This document shows, one piece after another, positions 1-11,918 of a stretch of DNA of 64,000 nt. A program made the translations under genes and the position numbers. The notes under the pieces are model-generated. The model did no database searches. It worked only from the letters and a program-made list of their open reading frames with translations, and was not told where the DNA came from. The stretch lies in NCBI GenBank assembly GCA_026914245.1, contig CP110439.1:4154001-4218000 (forward strand), read 5' to 3'. Source of the DNA: Puccinia triticina. Lineage: Eukaryota. Numbering within the stretch: position 1 is the stretch's first letter; each line of letters starts with the position of its first letter.

Positions 1-755
1 TCCATAGCATTCGGGTCAGCCGCCGGGGCGGGATCAGAGTGGGTTGTCTCCGCGCCGTTGATCTCGTTGTCGATTTTCAGCGCTAGATTGCAGAGGTTGG
101 TGAGTTCCGTGAACTGGGTACGCGCGAGGACTAGCGCTAAGCGGACTTCCTTCTTCAGGCCCTGGTGATATTGGCTCATTAAGGTCGCCTTCTCCCACCC
201 GGAATCCGTCGCGTGCTGATTAAACTGGAATGTATATTGAGCGACAGATTTCGTTTGTTTCAACTGACAGAGCGCCTTCTCGGCGCGGGACTTCTTCTCA
301 GTATTGTAGTACATCATTTGAAATGCCGTGGAGAACTCGACGTAGGGGACCGGCATCCCAGCGAATAGTCTAGTCGTGTACGGTTGCGCCCAAGCACTCG
401 CCTGACCGGTGAGGTAAGAGATTGAGAAGATGACCTTGCTGCGGTCGTCCGGAAACATTCGGGGGTTCGAAATGACATACAGGCCGACTTGAGTCACGTA
501 AACTTCCGCTTTCGCTCCCCGAGTCCCGTCGTACTTGTCCGGCACGCTGATCTTGGGGCCTTTTGCCTGGTCTGCTCCACCCTCCGCCGGTTGGTTCTGT
601 GGTTGGTTAACAACGGGGACGATGGCAGGGGCGACCATCCCTGCTCTGGCAGCCGCTAGTTGGGCTTCTGCTCTTTCCCTCAGTGCTCGCTCTTTGTCGA
701 CCTTATTCGCCAGCTCTTCGACTCGTTGTCGTAGCGTATTCATATCGTCGGCCAT
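1..755 (-). CDS. gag: Ty3/Gypsy gag (retrotransposon gag domain), runs off the window start
   Basis: Manual translation from ATG at 755 is open to base 1: MADDMNTLRQRVEEL...PKISVPDKYDGTRGAKAEVYVTQV...SYLTGQASAWAQP...LKQTKSVAQY...YHQGLKKEVR...DPNAM, typical of fungal Gypsy gag. Confidence 0.88.
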   Translation of the reverse strand, partial: MADDMNTLRQRVEELANKVDKERALRERAEAQLAAARAGMVAPAIVPVVNQPQNQPAEGGADQAKGPKISVPDKYDGTRGAKAEVYVTQVGLYVISNPRMFPDDRSKVIFSISYLTGQASAWAQPYTTRLFAGMPVPYVEFSTAFQMMYYNTEKKSRAEKALCQLKQTKSVAQYTFQFNQHATDSGWEKATLMSQYHQGLKKEVRLALVLARTQFTELTNLCNLALKIDNEINGAETTHSDPAPAADPNAM

Positions 756-764
756 GGCTGTCGG

Positions 765-804
<40 letters not shown>

Positions 805-918
805 CAAGGTTGGGTTCTGTTCTATTTCTCGTAGCCCGCGCGTTCGGTGTTTGAGATCTGATCTGTCTGTCTGGTTCTTGTTCGGCCCTCGTCCCTCTTG
901 ATAGTAGATCTAGCAATA

Positions 919-1120
919 TGTTAGAGTCGTCCTGTGAGGGGGGAGGGGGTTCTGGTTCTGGTGCGCGGGTTCTCCTAGCTAGATTGTAAATTGCTAGATG
1001 GGGAAACTCTAAGTCTCTCCCCTTGGTGCCTCTAAGTGGTAGAGGCGCGTGACATGTAAGTACAAGTGAATGACATGTCCTCCCAGGGCGGCGCACAGCG
1101 CGTGAACGCAGCTCATAACA
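919..1120 (-). mobile_element. 5' LTR (about 202 bp) of the Gypsy element at the window start
   Basis: Minus strand begins TGTTATGAG (1120) and ends CTCTAACA (919); followed by a 5' leader with a long A-tract, then gag. Confidence 0.72.
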
Positions 1121-1512
1121 GCACACTCCTATGACGGAGTGTGCTTTGGCACACTCCTATGACGGAGTGTGCTTTGGCACACTCCTATGACGGAGTGTGC
1201 TTTGGCACACTCCTATGACGGAGTGTGCTTTGGCACACTCCTATGACGGAGTGTGCTTTGGCACACTCCTATGACGGAGTGTGCTTTGGCACACTCCTAT
1301 GACGGAGTGTGCTTTGGCACACTCCTATGACGGAGTGTGCTTTGGCACACTCCTATGACGGAGTGTGCTTTGGCACACTCCTATGACGGAGTGTGCTTTG
1401 GCACACTCCTATGACGGAGTGTGCTTTGGCACACTCCTATGACAGAGTGTGCTTTGGCACACTCCTATGACAGAGTGTGCTTTGGCACACTCCTATGACG
1501 GAGTGTGCTTTG
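1121..1512. repeat. Tandem array, 14 x 28 bp (GCACACTCCTATGACGGAGTGTGCTTTG), each unit a 9-bp hairpin
   Basis: Period 28 read directly; GCACACTCC and GGAGTGTGC are reverse complements; two units carry a G>A variant. Confidence 0.97.
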
Positions 1513-3393
1513 GGATACAGGGTATCCTGGATTTCTTACTGGATATCCCACTCAGGATATCTGGTAGTGGCTGAAGTGGCAAGCCCTCGTGGAAATCTGT
1601 GCAAGGAAAGCAATGACAGTTTTGTACAACTGATCAACTTCAAGCTTTGGTGTTCTTCAGTTCTTTGGTTTTTGGTTGTGGTGGGTGTTGAGGGTGGGGA
1701 TGTCAGGAGAGCACGGGTGGTGAAATCTAGACCATCTGGATATTCTCAAGTGGCCATCCACCCCGAGCCAGCCCAATTGCATCATCGCCTCATCAACTTC
1801 CAGGCGGAATAAGCCTTCCCTTGCACACTACTCTGCAGGAGCTTGTCTCTTGAAAAGAAACCATCTTTCTCATCCTTAAGCCCACCTTGTTCACATCTGC
1901 CAACCTTGCACACCACGGCCACTTCCCTATCACCAGACTACAAAATAAGCATCATGTACAACGTGGGAGTTTTTGTTAGGCTTTCTCTTGATGTACATAG
2001 CTCCAACTCTACAGCGCTGCTCAACGGGAAAATCCCATCAAGCTTAAGAAAAAAAGGAGAATCAAGTTTATCTACACCAACATCACAAAAGCTACGCTAC
2101 GCAAAGCGGGAGCGTAGCCGAAGCATAGCAAATTCCAGGTCAGCTTTGCTACGCTGAGGGAAGCGGCCATGCCGCTTTGATTCTTTGTTCAGGAACAGGG
2201 GGTGGGAACCCATGAGATCATAATAGCGCACTATTTGTAGTGGCAAAGAGTGGGCCACTGCTAGGCTAACCACTATAATAGTGGCAAACCCGCTAGATAG
2301 CCGCTTTTTAGCGGCTTGGTGCCGCTGAATAGTGAGTTCAGAGCGCTAGTGCGCTTTTTGCTATAATAGTGTTGGGTGCAGGGGGAAAAAACATTCATTT
2401 CAAAGGGCAGGGGGAAAAAACTGTCATTTCATCTAAGGGGGAAGGAATAGTATTATTTTTATTTCTTGCGGTCAGATTTGAACTTGGGATTTTCGGCCGC
2501 CGCGTCCAACAATGCTTGGCAATCTTGAAAGTCGCCGGCAGCCCTGACACCGTTACGAATCCAGAGGTGCGAACTGATGCACCTTTCAATTGTTTGAGGG
2601 GCCAGAGAGCTCCTGGCTGATGTACAGATGTCTGAGGCTGCCAAGAAAGTTCGCTCAACACAAGTGGAGCTACTTGCACAAGAAAGGCATTCCCTTGCAA
2701 GGGAAGATAGCATCACAAATGACAGGGATTGGCTCTGCGGAATCAAAAAGAAATTCAGCAATTCCAGGACCAAATGTGAGCAGATGGATGAATTTTGAAG
2801 TACATACCTTCCACCACGACAAAACATCACCCTTGATTCCCAGGAAGAACTTTGAATCATGGTATTGCATGAGCTCCTCTTTGCCATTTTCTAGCCCTGG
2901 GTAGCTTGGATAAAAGTTATATTCTTTGTCTTTGGCAACAACTTCAGGTTGTGAATTCTGTTGGGTTGGCAGTTCTAGGAATGCTTGGCGTTCTTTGAAC
3001 TTCTTGGTGAGTAGCTGCTGAGCGGTTGAATGATGTGATGGGAACTTATTCAGAAAAAGGAGCAATCACCAAGCTGGATGGAGCATGGTTGCCATCAATA
3101 TTGGCTCACACTTGAGAGCAAGTTCCAAGTACTTCTTGGCCACTTTGATCATTGGATCAAACTTGCACACCAAGACTCCATTCTTACTCGCTTCCTTGTG
3201 TTTCTGAAGTGAATCAATTAAGCGACTATAATCAAAGAGAACCATTGCACAAGATGGCCCATCGCCCTCCATCCTCTTGGTCAATAACAAGAATTCCTAT
3301 AAGAGTTAGTTTGTCCGTTAGTTCTTGGGTCTGAGCACAATCAGATCAATCAAATCATTGGGTCTAAGTACAATCAGATTGACTGATTCATAC

Positions 3394-3724
3394 CAACGGT
3401 GGGCCGCTACGCTACATTTAGTCTGTAGTTCAGCGCAGCGTAGCGGATCTAAACTACAAATGACAGGGTTTTCCGTTAGCGGGCAGTGATTGCCCGTTAC
3501 CGCTAACAGGCACCCCTTGAAACTACAGGGCCTCTATCGCCGCTATCAGCGCTAGCAGTGCTATTCAACCGCTAAAAAAGCTGATAGCGCTGTTAGCGCC
3601 CGTTAGCGTAGTTTAGCGGCCCGTAGCGGGCGCTACAACTAACGGCAATGTGTCAGGAACTACGCAACGCTAAACTAGCGGATAGCGCACGCTACGGATA
3701 GTTTAGCGTAGCGGCCCACCGTTG
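3394..3724. mobile_element. MITE of the CAAC/7-bp-TSD family
   Basis: TIR CAACGGTGGGCCGCTACGCTA / TAGCGTAGCGGCCCACCGTTG; TTCATAC on both sides. Confidence 0.9.
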
Positions 3725-3900
3725 TTCATACCTTTAGAACTGTGTTGAGGGTATTGAAATTCTCCCATTCTTTGGAAGAGAACTTGTATCCTTTGAAGAA
3801 GGCCTTGCCTTTTCCACTCTCGGATTCATTTACCAGAAGCTGATTGATCACCTAAGGCCAACCACAAGATATCAGCCAGGGAAATTCAAAAGTGTATTTG

Positions 3901-4237
3901 TGTAAGGGTTGGGAGACCCTTCACTGTTCGGAGGCGGAGAGGCTTGGTGGGACAAGGCACAAGGCCTGGGGAGGTTCTAGAACCAACGTCCTCGGGGGCT
4001 GTATTGCAGATGACTAGCTTGGCAGAGAGATGTCGAAGGGGTCCGGAGGTCTCTCTTCAGTCTATGTACACCAGTTTTGAGGATGAGAAGGAAAGAGAGA
4101 GAGAAGAGAATGAAAGGACTGGTCTCTGCCAGGCTAGGAAGGAGGGGGAGAGCCTGAGACTATATATCTGGCTGTGTGGGTCATGTGATAGGTGGTGTGA
4201 CACCTAGTGAACCCTGCAAGGAGTGCAGGGCTTCACA
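3901..4237 (-). mobile_element. Solo LTR (337 bp) inside the hAT transposase
   Basis: TGTAAG...CTTCACA ends; flanks ATTTG / ATTCG (5-bp TSD, one C>T); TATA-like run near 4160. Confidence 0.75.
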
Positions 4238-6072
4238 ATTCGATTTGGAGCTTTGACATACCTTTTGCGCATTGTATGATCGGTCCCTGCTGTCATAAGC
4301 AATATTCCATCAGATACCATACCCACCGATAATTCCAGGACCCTCGTAACCCAGCTTTTGAGCCCAAACCTTGAACTCGGATTGCTTTGCAGGCAAGCTT
4401 GCAATGCATCGACACACATAGTCAATCTGCAAGAATGATGGATGATTTTCAATTCAGTGTGACAAAGATATGCAGCAATGATAAACACCAAGAGTATCTC
4501 ACCTTCATCAAAGTAAAACCAATTCCACTTTTGGCATACTTTCCTTTCTTCTTGGTTGTTCCGGCCGGCTTCTGGTTGGATCCGAGTTCAGATTCCAATT
4601 CAGATTCACATGACTGATCATCTTCATTTGCCTCTTCCTCCGCATTGGAAACTGGAGTATCTTCTAGCATCTCTCCCTCTTTGCTAATCGTTGGAAGGGA
4701 GGTGATTGATTTGGGTTTTCGCGGAGGAGGGCCCTCAGCAGTGGATAGCTTTATAGCAGCAAGGCCCGCACCCAAGATAAGTGATATTACGTGACAGAAA
4801 CAGCGCTGATGATTGACCAAATGATCCCAGAACGTTCCATCATGATCACTGATTAAACTCGAGAATTCAGCTGTCATTGTGAAGTTATTGGAACCTGAAT
4901 CTGTTGTTTTTGCTAGGATGTAAGAAAAGAAAACCAATGATCAGGATTTGAAACAGATTTTACCTATTCATGTTAAACAAAACTGTACATATCTTTTTAT
5001 GAAGATTGTTTTTTATGACAACCCTGGCCAACGGTGCAGCAAGGAACTTTCCTTTGTGGTTCCACAATATGTATTTGATCGAAAGGTGCTGCGATCGATA
5101 GACCCACTCCTTTTTTATGTAGCATGCCAAGATCGCAATGAAAGCTTTATGGCCTCCTTTGGTAGTCCAAACATCGGAGACAAGGCTGATCTTTGAGTCG
5201 GCATTCTAAAAAGAAGAATATCAAGTATTAGTTTTAGTGGCAATTAAACAAAGACTAGTTTCATAACATCGAGATCACCTACCTTGATATCAGCCAATAC
5301 TGCTTGCTGAAGCGCTAGATAAAGGCTTTGAGCCGTTTTTGCCGCCCAGGTTTGGGAATAGAAGACCGATTGGGGATTCATATTGTCACAGACAATACGC
5401 AACATCCTATCTTCGAAGCTAGCCCACGGTTGTGAATGCTCAATAAGCCAGTAGACCATCAATTTGTTTGATGATTTTCTAAACGGCCCTTTGTAACAAA
5501 GGGTGACAGTGCAGTTCCCAACTTCTTGTCCAACTCAGAGGATTCTTGAGCAATTTGAGCCGAAGTTGGAGGTAGCTTGCAACATTGCGCAATAGCCCTG
5601 GTTCAATTGGGGCAAGCAGCTTGAATCGTTCCTTTACAGTCAACACCATTGCGGTGAATCTTCAAGTTGTGTAGTACTAGGAGGTCGACGCTTTGACAAT
5701 CTTTTTGCACCACACACAATTATATGGAAGAGAATCTCCGATCTGGGTAAAATAAACAAGCACACTGCTGGTTCCATCCTTGCGCGGTGCAATCTTCTTT
5801 TTGGATTTGGACTTGAGTGAACGTGCAGCCGCTTTCTTGTTTTTGTCATCTGAGTCCTGCGTCATGTTGTAAATGGTTTTGGGCGCAGCACTGGTCTCTT
5901 GGGTTGAGGAGGGTTCGGTCTGAAAGGTAAGGAATGTGCAGAATTAGATATAGACATATAAATATGCCACCCGGAGAAATGACAAGATAATTTATAAACC
6001 TACCTGGGGCTCGGAGCCGGTTGTAGCATTTGATTCCTTTGATCTTTCTTTAGAAACAAGGACTCTGAGGGT

Positions 6073-9000
6073 TGTTGTAGTGTGGGGTGGACAAACTCCA
6101 CTTTTGGAGCATGCAGAAGTCAAGAGGAGGTCAAGGTGGAGCAATGTAGAGTCAAGGGTTTTTAGCCTCAACAGATTAAGAGTCATCTGTCTACCGACTC
6201 GCTAGCCTTTATTGTTTTTTGGCACGACATATTCGACTCATTGGATACGGTTTATGGTCAATACCCGACGAGAACAACCTGGATTGACGGGACCGCTTCC
6301 TCCACCAACAAGAGCAAAGCGACCAAACCAGACAAAGGCCTACAAAGCACTCCTAAGACTCCCACCCCTACCACCTTCTCCGATTGAAGAAAAATCAAAT
6401 CCATTAGAACACGACTGTCCTCCATCGCCCTTCATCTCGGCGGTTTCTTACGTCTTCTCCAAGTTCCTGACCCAACAAATCAAAGAAAGGGCATCAGCAT
6501 CGAAAACAGTCCCTATTGACAGCAGGATCGTCAGGAATCCCTTTGGACTACCCTTCACAACAGTCATCCCATCGCCTGAGTACCGGCCAAAGGTCAACAT
6601 ACCAAGGACCACCTCCTCTACACAGTCTTCTCAGTCTCCCCAATCTCCCCAGTCTCCGACATCTCCCCAATCTCAACAGTCTTCGCTGGTCTCGACCTCT
6701 GTGGTATCTCAAACTGCGTTCTTTCACAAGCCACCCACTCTTCCCATGTCTCAACCGGTTGTGACCGAGATATTGCCTAGAACCAAGTTCTTGCAACAGC
6801 CAAGCATCTACAAAAACGATGTCAAACACCTATTGGCAGATGGATTGAACTTTAACAGGTGGAAACGTGGACTCACCCGGGTCGTCCTACTCACACTTGG
6901 ACACCCAAATTTCTTCAACAAAGCGGAGAACTATTCCAAACTATCCGCTCAAGAGAACACTTGCCTCTTGTTCTTGGTACAAATCACCGTGCATGACAAG
7001 CTGTCATCTCTAGTCAACCGATACACCACAGGAACCGAGGCTTTTGAGGCAGTCCAAACCAACTTCCAAGGTACTGTCCAATTTTGCCAGATGGAACTTA
7101 TCAACAAATTGTTGGAACTTTGAGTATCCGGTCCCTCGACCGAACCGTCCCAGATTCCCGGACTGTTCAATAAGACATTCGAGATATTCGGCGACTTACA
7201 AAAGGTTGGTGCTACGATCTCGCCTCTCGTGGAAAGCCTCATACTGCAATCAATTGTTCCCCCGCCGGCTTTGATGTCTCGATCTCAGTTATTTCAGAAC
7301 ATTTCCTTACAACTCACTGGCAAGGCTGATGTTACAGCGAGGGATATTGAAGCAATCATTACCTCGGCATACGGCGAATCCCTTTGGTTTGATTCCTCTG
7401 TCCCAGGTAACCCGTCTGTATTCCGGACCTGGCCAAACCCGACACACCCAAATCAATGGGGAACTTCTAACCAGAATGCGGGCCAACAAAACCCACAGTA
7501 TTGTCCACAAAGATCCAACCAAACTCAACGACAAAAATTTCAACAACCCAACCGTCAACAGCCTCAAAACACCGTTCAGGGTCGTCCCAACGTTGGGAGT
7601 CCGGGAAATCCAACAATCAATGACATTGCGGCTGCAATCAACAATATCCGGAAAGGTAACACTGGACCCAGCAATCCGAACCTCATGGCTGGCAAGCCTT
7701 GTTTGTATTGCGGGGGCGCAGGGCATTGGAGATCAACCTGTCTGGTCCTCCGCAGAGACGCCGGTCTGCAGCCACCAAATACCCCTGTCAGGCGGCACCT
7801 CCAAACGACCCACCCACCGGTGATGAGGAGAATGCGGCGGTTTGATCAGCCGTGGGTGTGGATGCAACAGGTGCTGCCGGCGCAGGCACGGTTTTGGATT
7901 CTGGGGCAACCCACCACGTGAGCGGATTCGTCCATAATTTTTCTTTTCTTTCTCCCTTACGGCCACCAGTGAGACTGAATCTAGCCTCGTCTTTGGGATA
8001 CATGACTGCAACTCACAGTGGGCACCTCTGGATAACCAGTGGGGATGGTACCCTAGCGGTCCCAAAGGTACTATATTGCCCGGAGATGTCCGGCACTCTT
8101 CTTAGTCTGGGAAAATTCATTGACGCGGGGTTCAGGCCGGAGTTCCTGTCCAACAACGACATATCATTGACTTCGCGACATTTCTCAATCACGGCCTCTT
8201 ACCGCAAGCGTTCGTGGATCATATTTCCGGATTCAATCAAAAACACTTCTCTTTTCATAAATTCTGTTTCGCCCAATTTCTCTATCTCGACTCCATCCTA
8301 CAATTGGCACTGCCGGCTTGGCCACATGTCAGACTTGGTAGTAAAGGAATTCCTCAGACAGTTTGTTCCTTCTTTCGACCTCAAGTCGTGGACACCTTTC
8401 ATTTGTGAATCTTGCAAGGAATGCAAGAGTGAACGGCGACGACACCATCCTCCTGAAGTGGTACCGATGGAAAATTGTTTGGATCTATTAGTAACGGATG
8501 TGTTGGGACCGCTAGACCCGGACATCCACGGCAACCGGTTCATTCTGACTGTCCGGGATCATGCGACCACTTACTCTTTCGTCTTTCCCATGAAGAATCG
8601 CTCGGAGGTACCATTAATCATCATCTCACTCATAAAACGACTCATGTTACACTTCAAGTCAGCACCGCGCTTCATCCAATGTGACAATGCCAAGGAATAC
8701 ACGACACAATTGTTTCAATCATACTTGGCTTTGGTTGGTACATCAATCATTTTCACATCACCCTACACTCCGGAACAGAACAGCGAGGCGGAACGACTGA
8801 ACCTACTCTTGGCGACATAGCCCGGACTACTCTTTCACACTCAAATCTCCCAAAGTATATTTGGTTGTATGCATACAGGTGTGCTTGTTTCTTAATAAAC
8901 CGAATCTCCAACGTTCAGTTCAAGTCGACTCCGCTTGAGCTATGGTCGGACCGGAAACCAATGGCCGACAGTTTTTACCCATTTGGCACGAGGGCTTGTG

Positions 9001-11053
9001 TCCACATCCCTAAGGAACGCCGACGCAAAATGGATCAGCAAGGCTGGATGGGTAATCTGGTTGGTTACCAGGACAACAAGAGAGGATGTTTCTTTTGGAA
9101 CCCGGCGACCAAGAAGGTCATCAACTCAGAGTGTGCTGAGTTCCTTGATTTTCAAGGGAAACCAATTATCCCATCCGCGGTAGGAGATCCTAACCCTTCT
9201 TTTGCACGTAGGACACTTCATCTCGGGCAAGTGAAGACCAAGGAGATCTGTGAAGCTCAAGATTCTCAAATCAAGGACATACAGGCAATATCGGATGCGG
9301 AAATTCCTACTAACCTGAAGAATGCGCTTTTGTGTCCAAATTGAGACAAGTGGCGCGCGGCGTGTTTGTTGGAATGGTATCAACTAGAACAGATAGACAC
9401 TTTTGATATCGAGGAAAAGGACAACAAACGTTCCATTGGGACTAGGTTTGTTTTTGACATCAAGCGTAGATCAGACGGTAATATTGAGCGGCTCAAGGCA
9501 AGGTTTGTTGTTTGAGGCTTCAAGCAGTGGCTCGGGCGAGATGTTAAGTCGACATTCGCCCCGACGGCGTCCCTGACAACTCTGAGAATTTTACTTACAC
9601 TGGCGATCAAGAACGGTTGGAAAATCAACTCATTTGACATAACTGGAGCATTTGTCCATAGTCCGATCAATGAGACATTATATGTGGACCCACCGGTAGA
9701 ATTGTTTCCCAATCTGAAAGGCAAAGTACTCAAATTAAAGAAAGCATTGTACGGGACTTGACAGGCGAGTTGTTGTTGGTGGAAGCATTTCAAGGGGCTA
9801 TTGCAAGGATGGGAATTCGATTGTGACAAGGTGGAAGAGTGTCTTTATTGGTACAAGAAAGGAAATTCAACTATTGTTGTGTGGATACACGTCGATGACG
9901 GTATTGTATTTGGTAATGACAAGGTTGCCATTCAGAAACTTAGGATGAACCTTGAAGGAAGTTTGCGGGTGAAGTGGGATGCGGAACCGGACAAACTTGT
10001 GGGAATCAAGATTGAATATGAACCGGGGGCAATTTTTCTAAGTCAACCTCTGTTGATAGGTCAGACGGTACAGAAATTTCAAGATGAAGTTCAAAACTCA
10101 ATCATACCAACTTATACCCCGTTGACAGGCGATAATCTGACAACATCCAAGGAAGACCCGGTGAGAGCGACATTGTACCAGTCGTTGATAGGGTCACTAA
10201 ACTACATAGCATTGGGATCAAGACCGGATATCAGTTATGCGGTCAACTATTTGGCCCGTTTCAGCTCCAATCCCGACAAATCTCATTGGAGTGGACTCAA
10301 ACATCTAGTTCAATACCTTGCAACAACTCGTGGGAGAAGACTCAAGTTAGAATCAACAGATAACAAGCTGGTCACATGGTCGGATGCAAATTGGGGCGGC
10401 GAATTTCAACGGTCGACGTCAGGGTTCATCATCACTTTTATGGGCAGCCCAATTGCCTGGGGGTCAAGGAGGCAAAAGGTGGTGGCCACGTCTACCTGCG
10501 CGGCGGAATTTATTTTGATAGGATCAGCAATCAACTTCTTATTGTTCTTAATTCCAATTATGAAATCTCTGGACGTTAAACCAGAAATCATTCTCAAGTG
10601 CGACAACCGGGCGGCTGTCTTAGTTTTGGATGAAAATGCCTCGAAAGGCCGCATGAAGAGCCTGGAAAGGAATTTCTTTTTTGTGAACAATGCGGTACAG
10701 GAACATCAAATCAGACTCGACTGGGTTTCGACGTCGGATAACATAGCCAATTTTTTCACCAAGTCTCTTCGTGCAACTCTCCACAACTCATCAATGGTCA
10801 AGATATTTAAATAGTATCAATGTTTTCCTTTCATTATTGTCTCATTATTTCTGTATCTTAACAATCCCCTCTCAGTTGTGTGCGTTTTCCTCAATTTGTT
10901 TATCTTTCTTTTCTACTTGTTTTGTTTCTAAGGTGTGGAGTTTGAGGGGGAGTGTTGTAGTGTGGGGTGGACAAACTCCACTTTTGGAGCATGCGGGAGT
11001 CAAGAGGAGGTCGAGGTGGAGCAATGTAGAGTCAAGGGTTTTTAGCCTCAACA
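6073..11053 (+). mobile_element. Full-length degenerate Ty1/Copia element with 101-bp LTRs (6073-6173, 10953-11053)
   Basis: TGTTG..CAACA LTRs with 3 A/G differences; TSD AGGGT; PPT GAGGGGGAG before the 3' LTR. Confidence 0.95.
6254..10814 (+). pseudogene. Copia gag-pol with several stops and frameshifts
   Basis: Zn knuckle CLYCGGAGHWRSTC; protease LDSGATHH; pre-integrase WHCRLGH..CESC; integrase TDVLGP..QCDNAKEY..PEQNSEAER; RT WIHVDD; RNase H SDANWG..RSTSG. Confidence 0.93.
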
Positions 11054-11828
11054 AGGGTTCTGCGAGAATCAGTGTCAGTCAAAACAAACCCTGGGGTGGC
11101 AGTTGGATTCTTTTTGCGGGCAGATTGCCTTGTTTTTGGCGGGATGGGTGGGCGATGGGCAGGAGTACTGGTAGAATTGGGATTGGGGATGGTTTGAATG
11201 TTGTCTGGGGTTGAATCACGGTTTGTGTTGGCCATTGGTAAATCAGATGAGCTTTTTTTGGTAAGAGCTGGTGTCTAAAAGAGAGGGGGCAGGATATTTT
11301 GGGTAAGAAGCTGGTGTCTCAAAGAGGGCAGGGCAGGTTCTGGGCACCGCTTCAGGGTGGTGCATCTTTTGTCCGATCACACATTGATTGGTGAGACTGC
11401 GCCGCGCGCCCGGGATGCACTTTTCAGGCGCTGATAGCGGTAAAGCGTGGTTTCCCCGCTAACAGCGGAGAATAGCGCATTGGTGCGCTACTGCGCTACA
11501 GCTTCGCTATTTTATAGCGATAGCGCAAACAATTCGCTCCGCTATATGGAGTTCCAATTTACCATAGCGGGACTGTCGCTACGCTACCGCTGATAGTAGC
11601 GACAATCCCGCTCCGTTTTCGCTATGCGGTTGTAGGAATAGCGGGACATCGCTACGCTACCCTATAATGCCGCTTTTTGTAGCGTAGCATAGCTGTTGCG
11701 GTGTTGTCTACACTTATCTAGCCTCGCCCAATCCCAATCAGTTTGCAACAGACATCAAAAGACGCATGCACAGGAAGATTTTGGGAATAGGATTTATAAT
11801 GCCACAGAAACACTTCCCCCTATCACCT

Positions 11829-11918
11829 CCCCCGATAGCTCAGTTGGAAGAGCGCGAGACTGTAATGGATAAGACGAAGAGCATCTTGAGGTCGCTGGTT
11901 CGATCCCGGCTCGGGGGA
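11829..11918 (+). tRNA. tRNA-Tyr(GUA) with a 17-nt intron (11866-11882)
   Basis: Acceptor stem CCCCCGA/TCGGGGG + A73; D arm GCTC/GAGC; anticodon stem CGAGA/TCTTG with GTA; intron after position 37; T arm GCTGG-TTCGATC-CCGGC; C1:G72 and A73 are eukaryotic Tyr identity elements. Confidence 0.95.

Larger units (their letters stand above)
2500..11235 (-). pseudogene. Disrupted, intron-containing hAT transposase
   Basis: Starts MANTNRD at 11235 and resumes after the Copia at 6072 (LRVLVSKE); BED-like YNCVWCKK near 5720; TTDSGSNN and RCFCHVISLI near 4800-4900; dimerization motif DVLSWWK...SSSTCVERTF near 2600-2830; stops and frameshifts. Confidence 0.88.
2078..11706 (-). mobile_element. hAT-superfamily DNA transposon with CAAC..GTTG ends and 7-bp TSD; hosts a nested MITE, solo LTR and Copia
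   Basis: TCTACAC at 2071-2077 and 11707-11713; imperfect TIRs CAACATCACAAAAGCTACGCTAC / CAACACCGCAACAGCTATGCTAC; subterminal GCTACGCTA arrays; internal transposase. Confidence 0.88.

Noticed and set aside
535..1126. ORFs with poly-F or poly-K
   Set aside because: Artefacts of the T-tract in the retroelement leader
1121..1512. CRISPR array (28-bp palindromic repeat)
   Set aside because: No unique spacers, no cas genes, eukaryotic context
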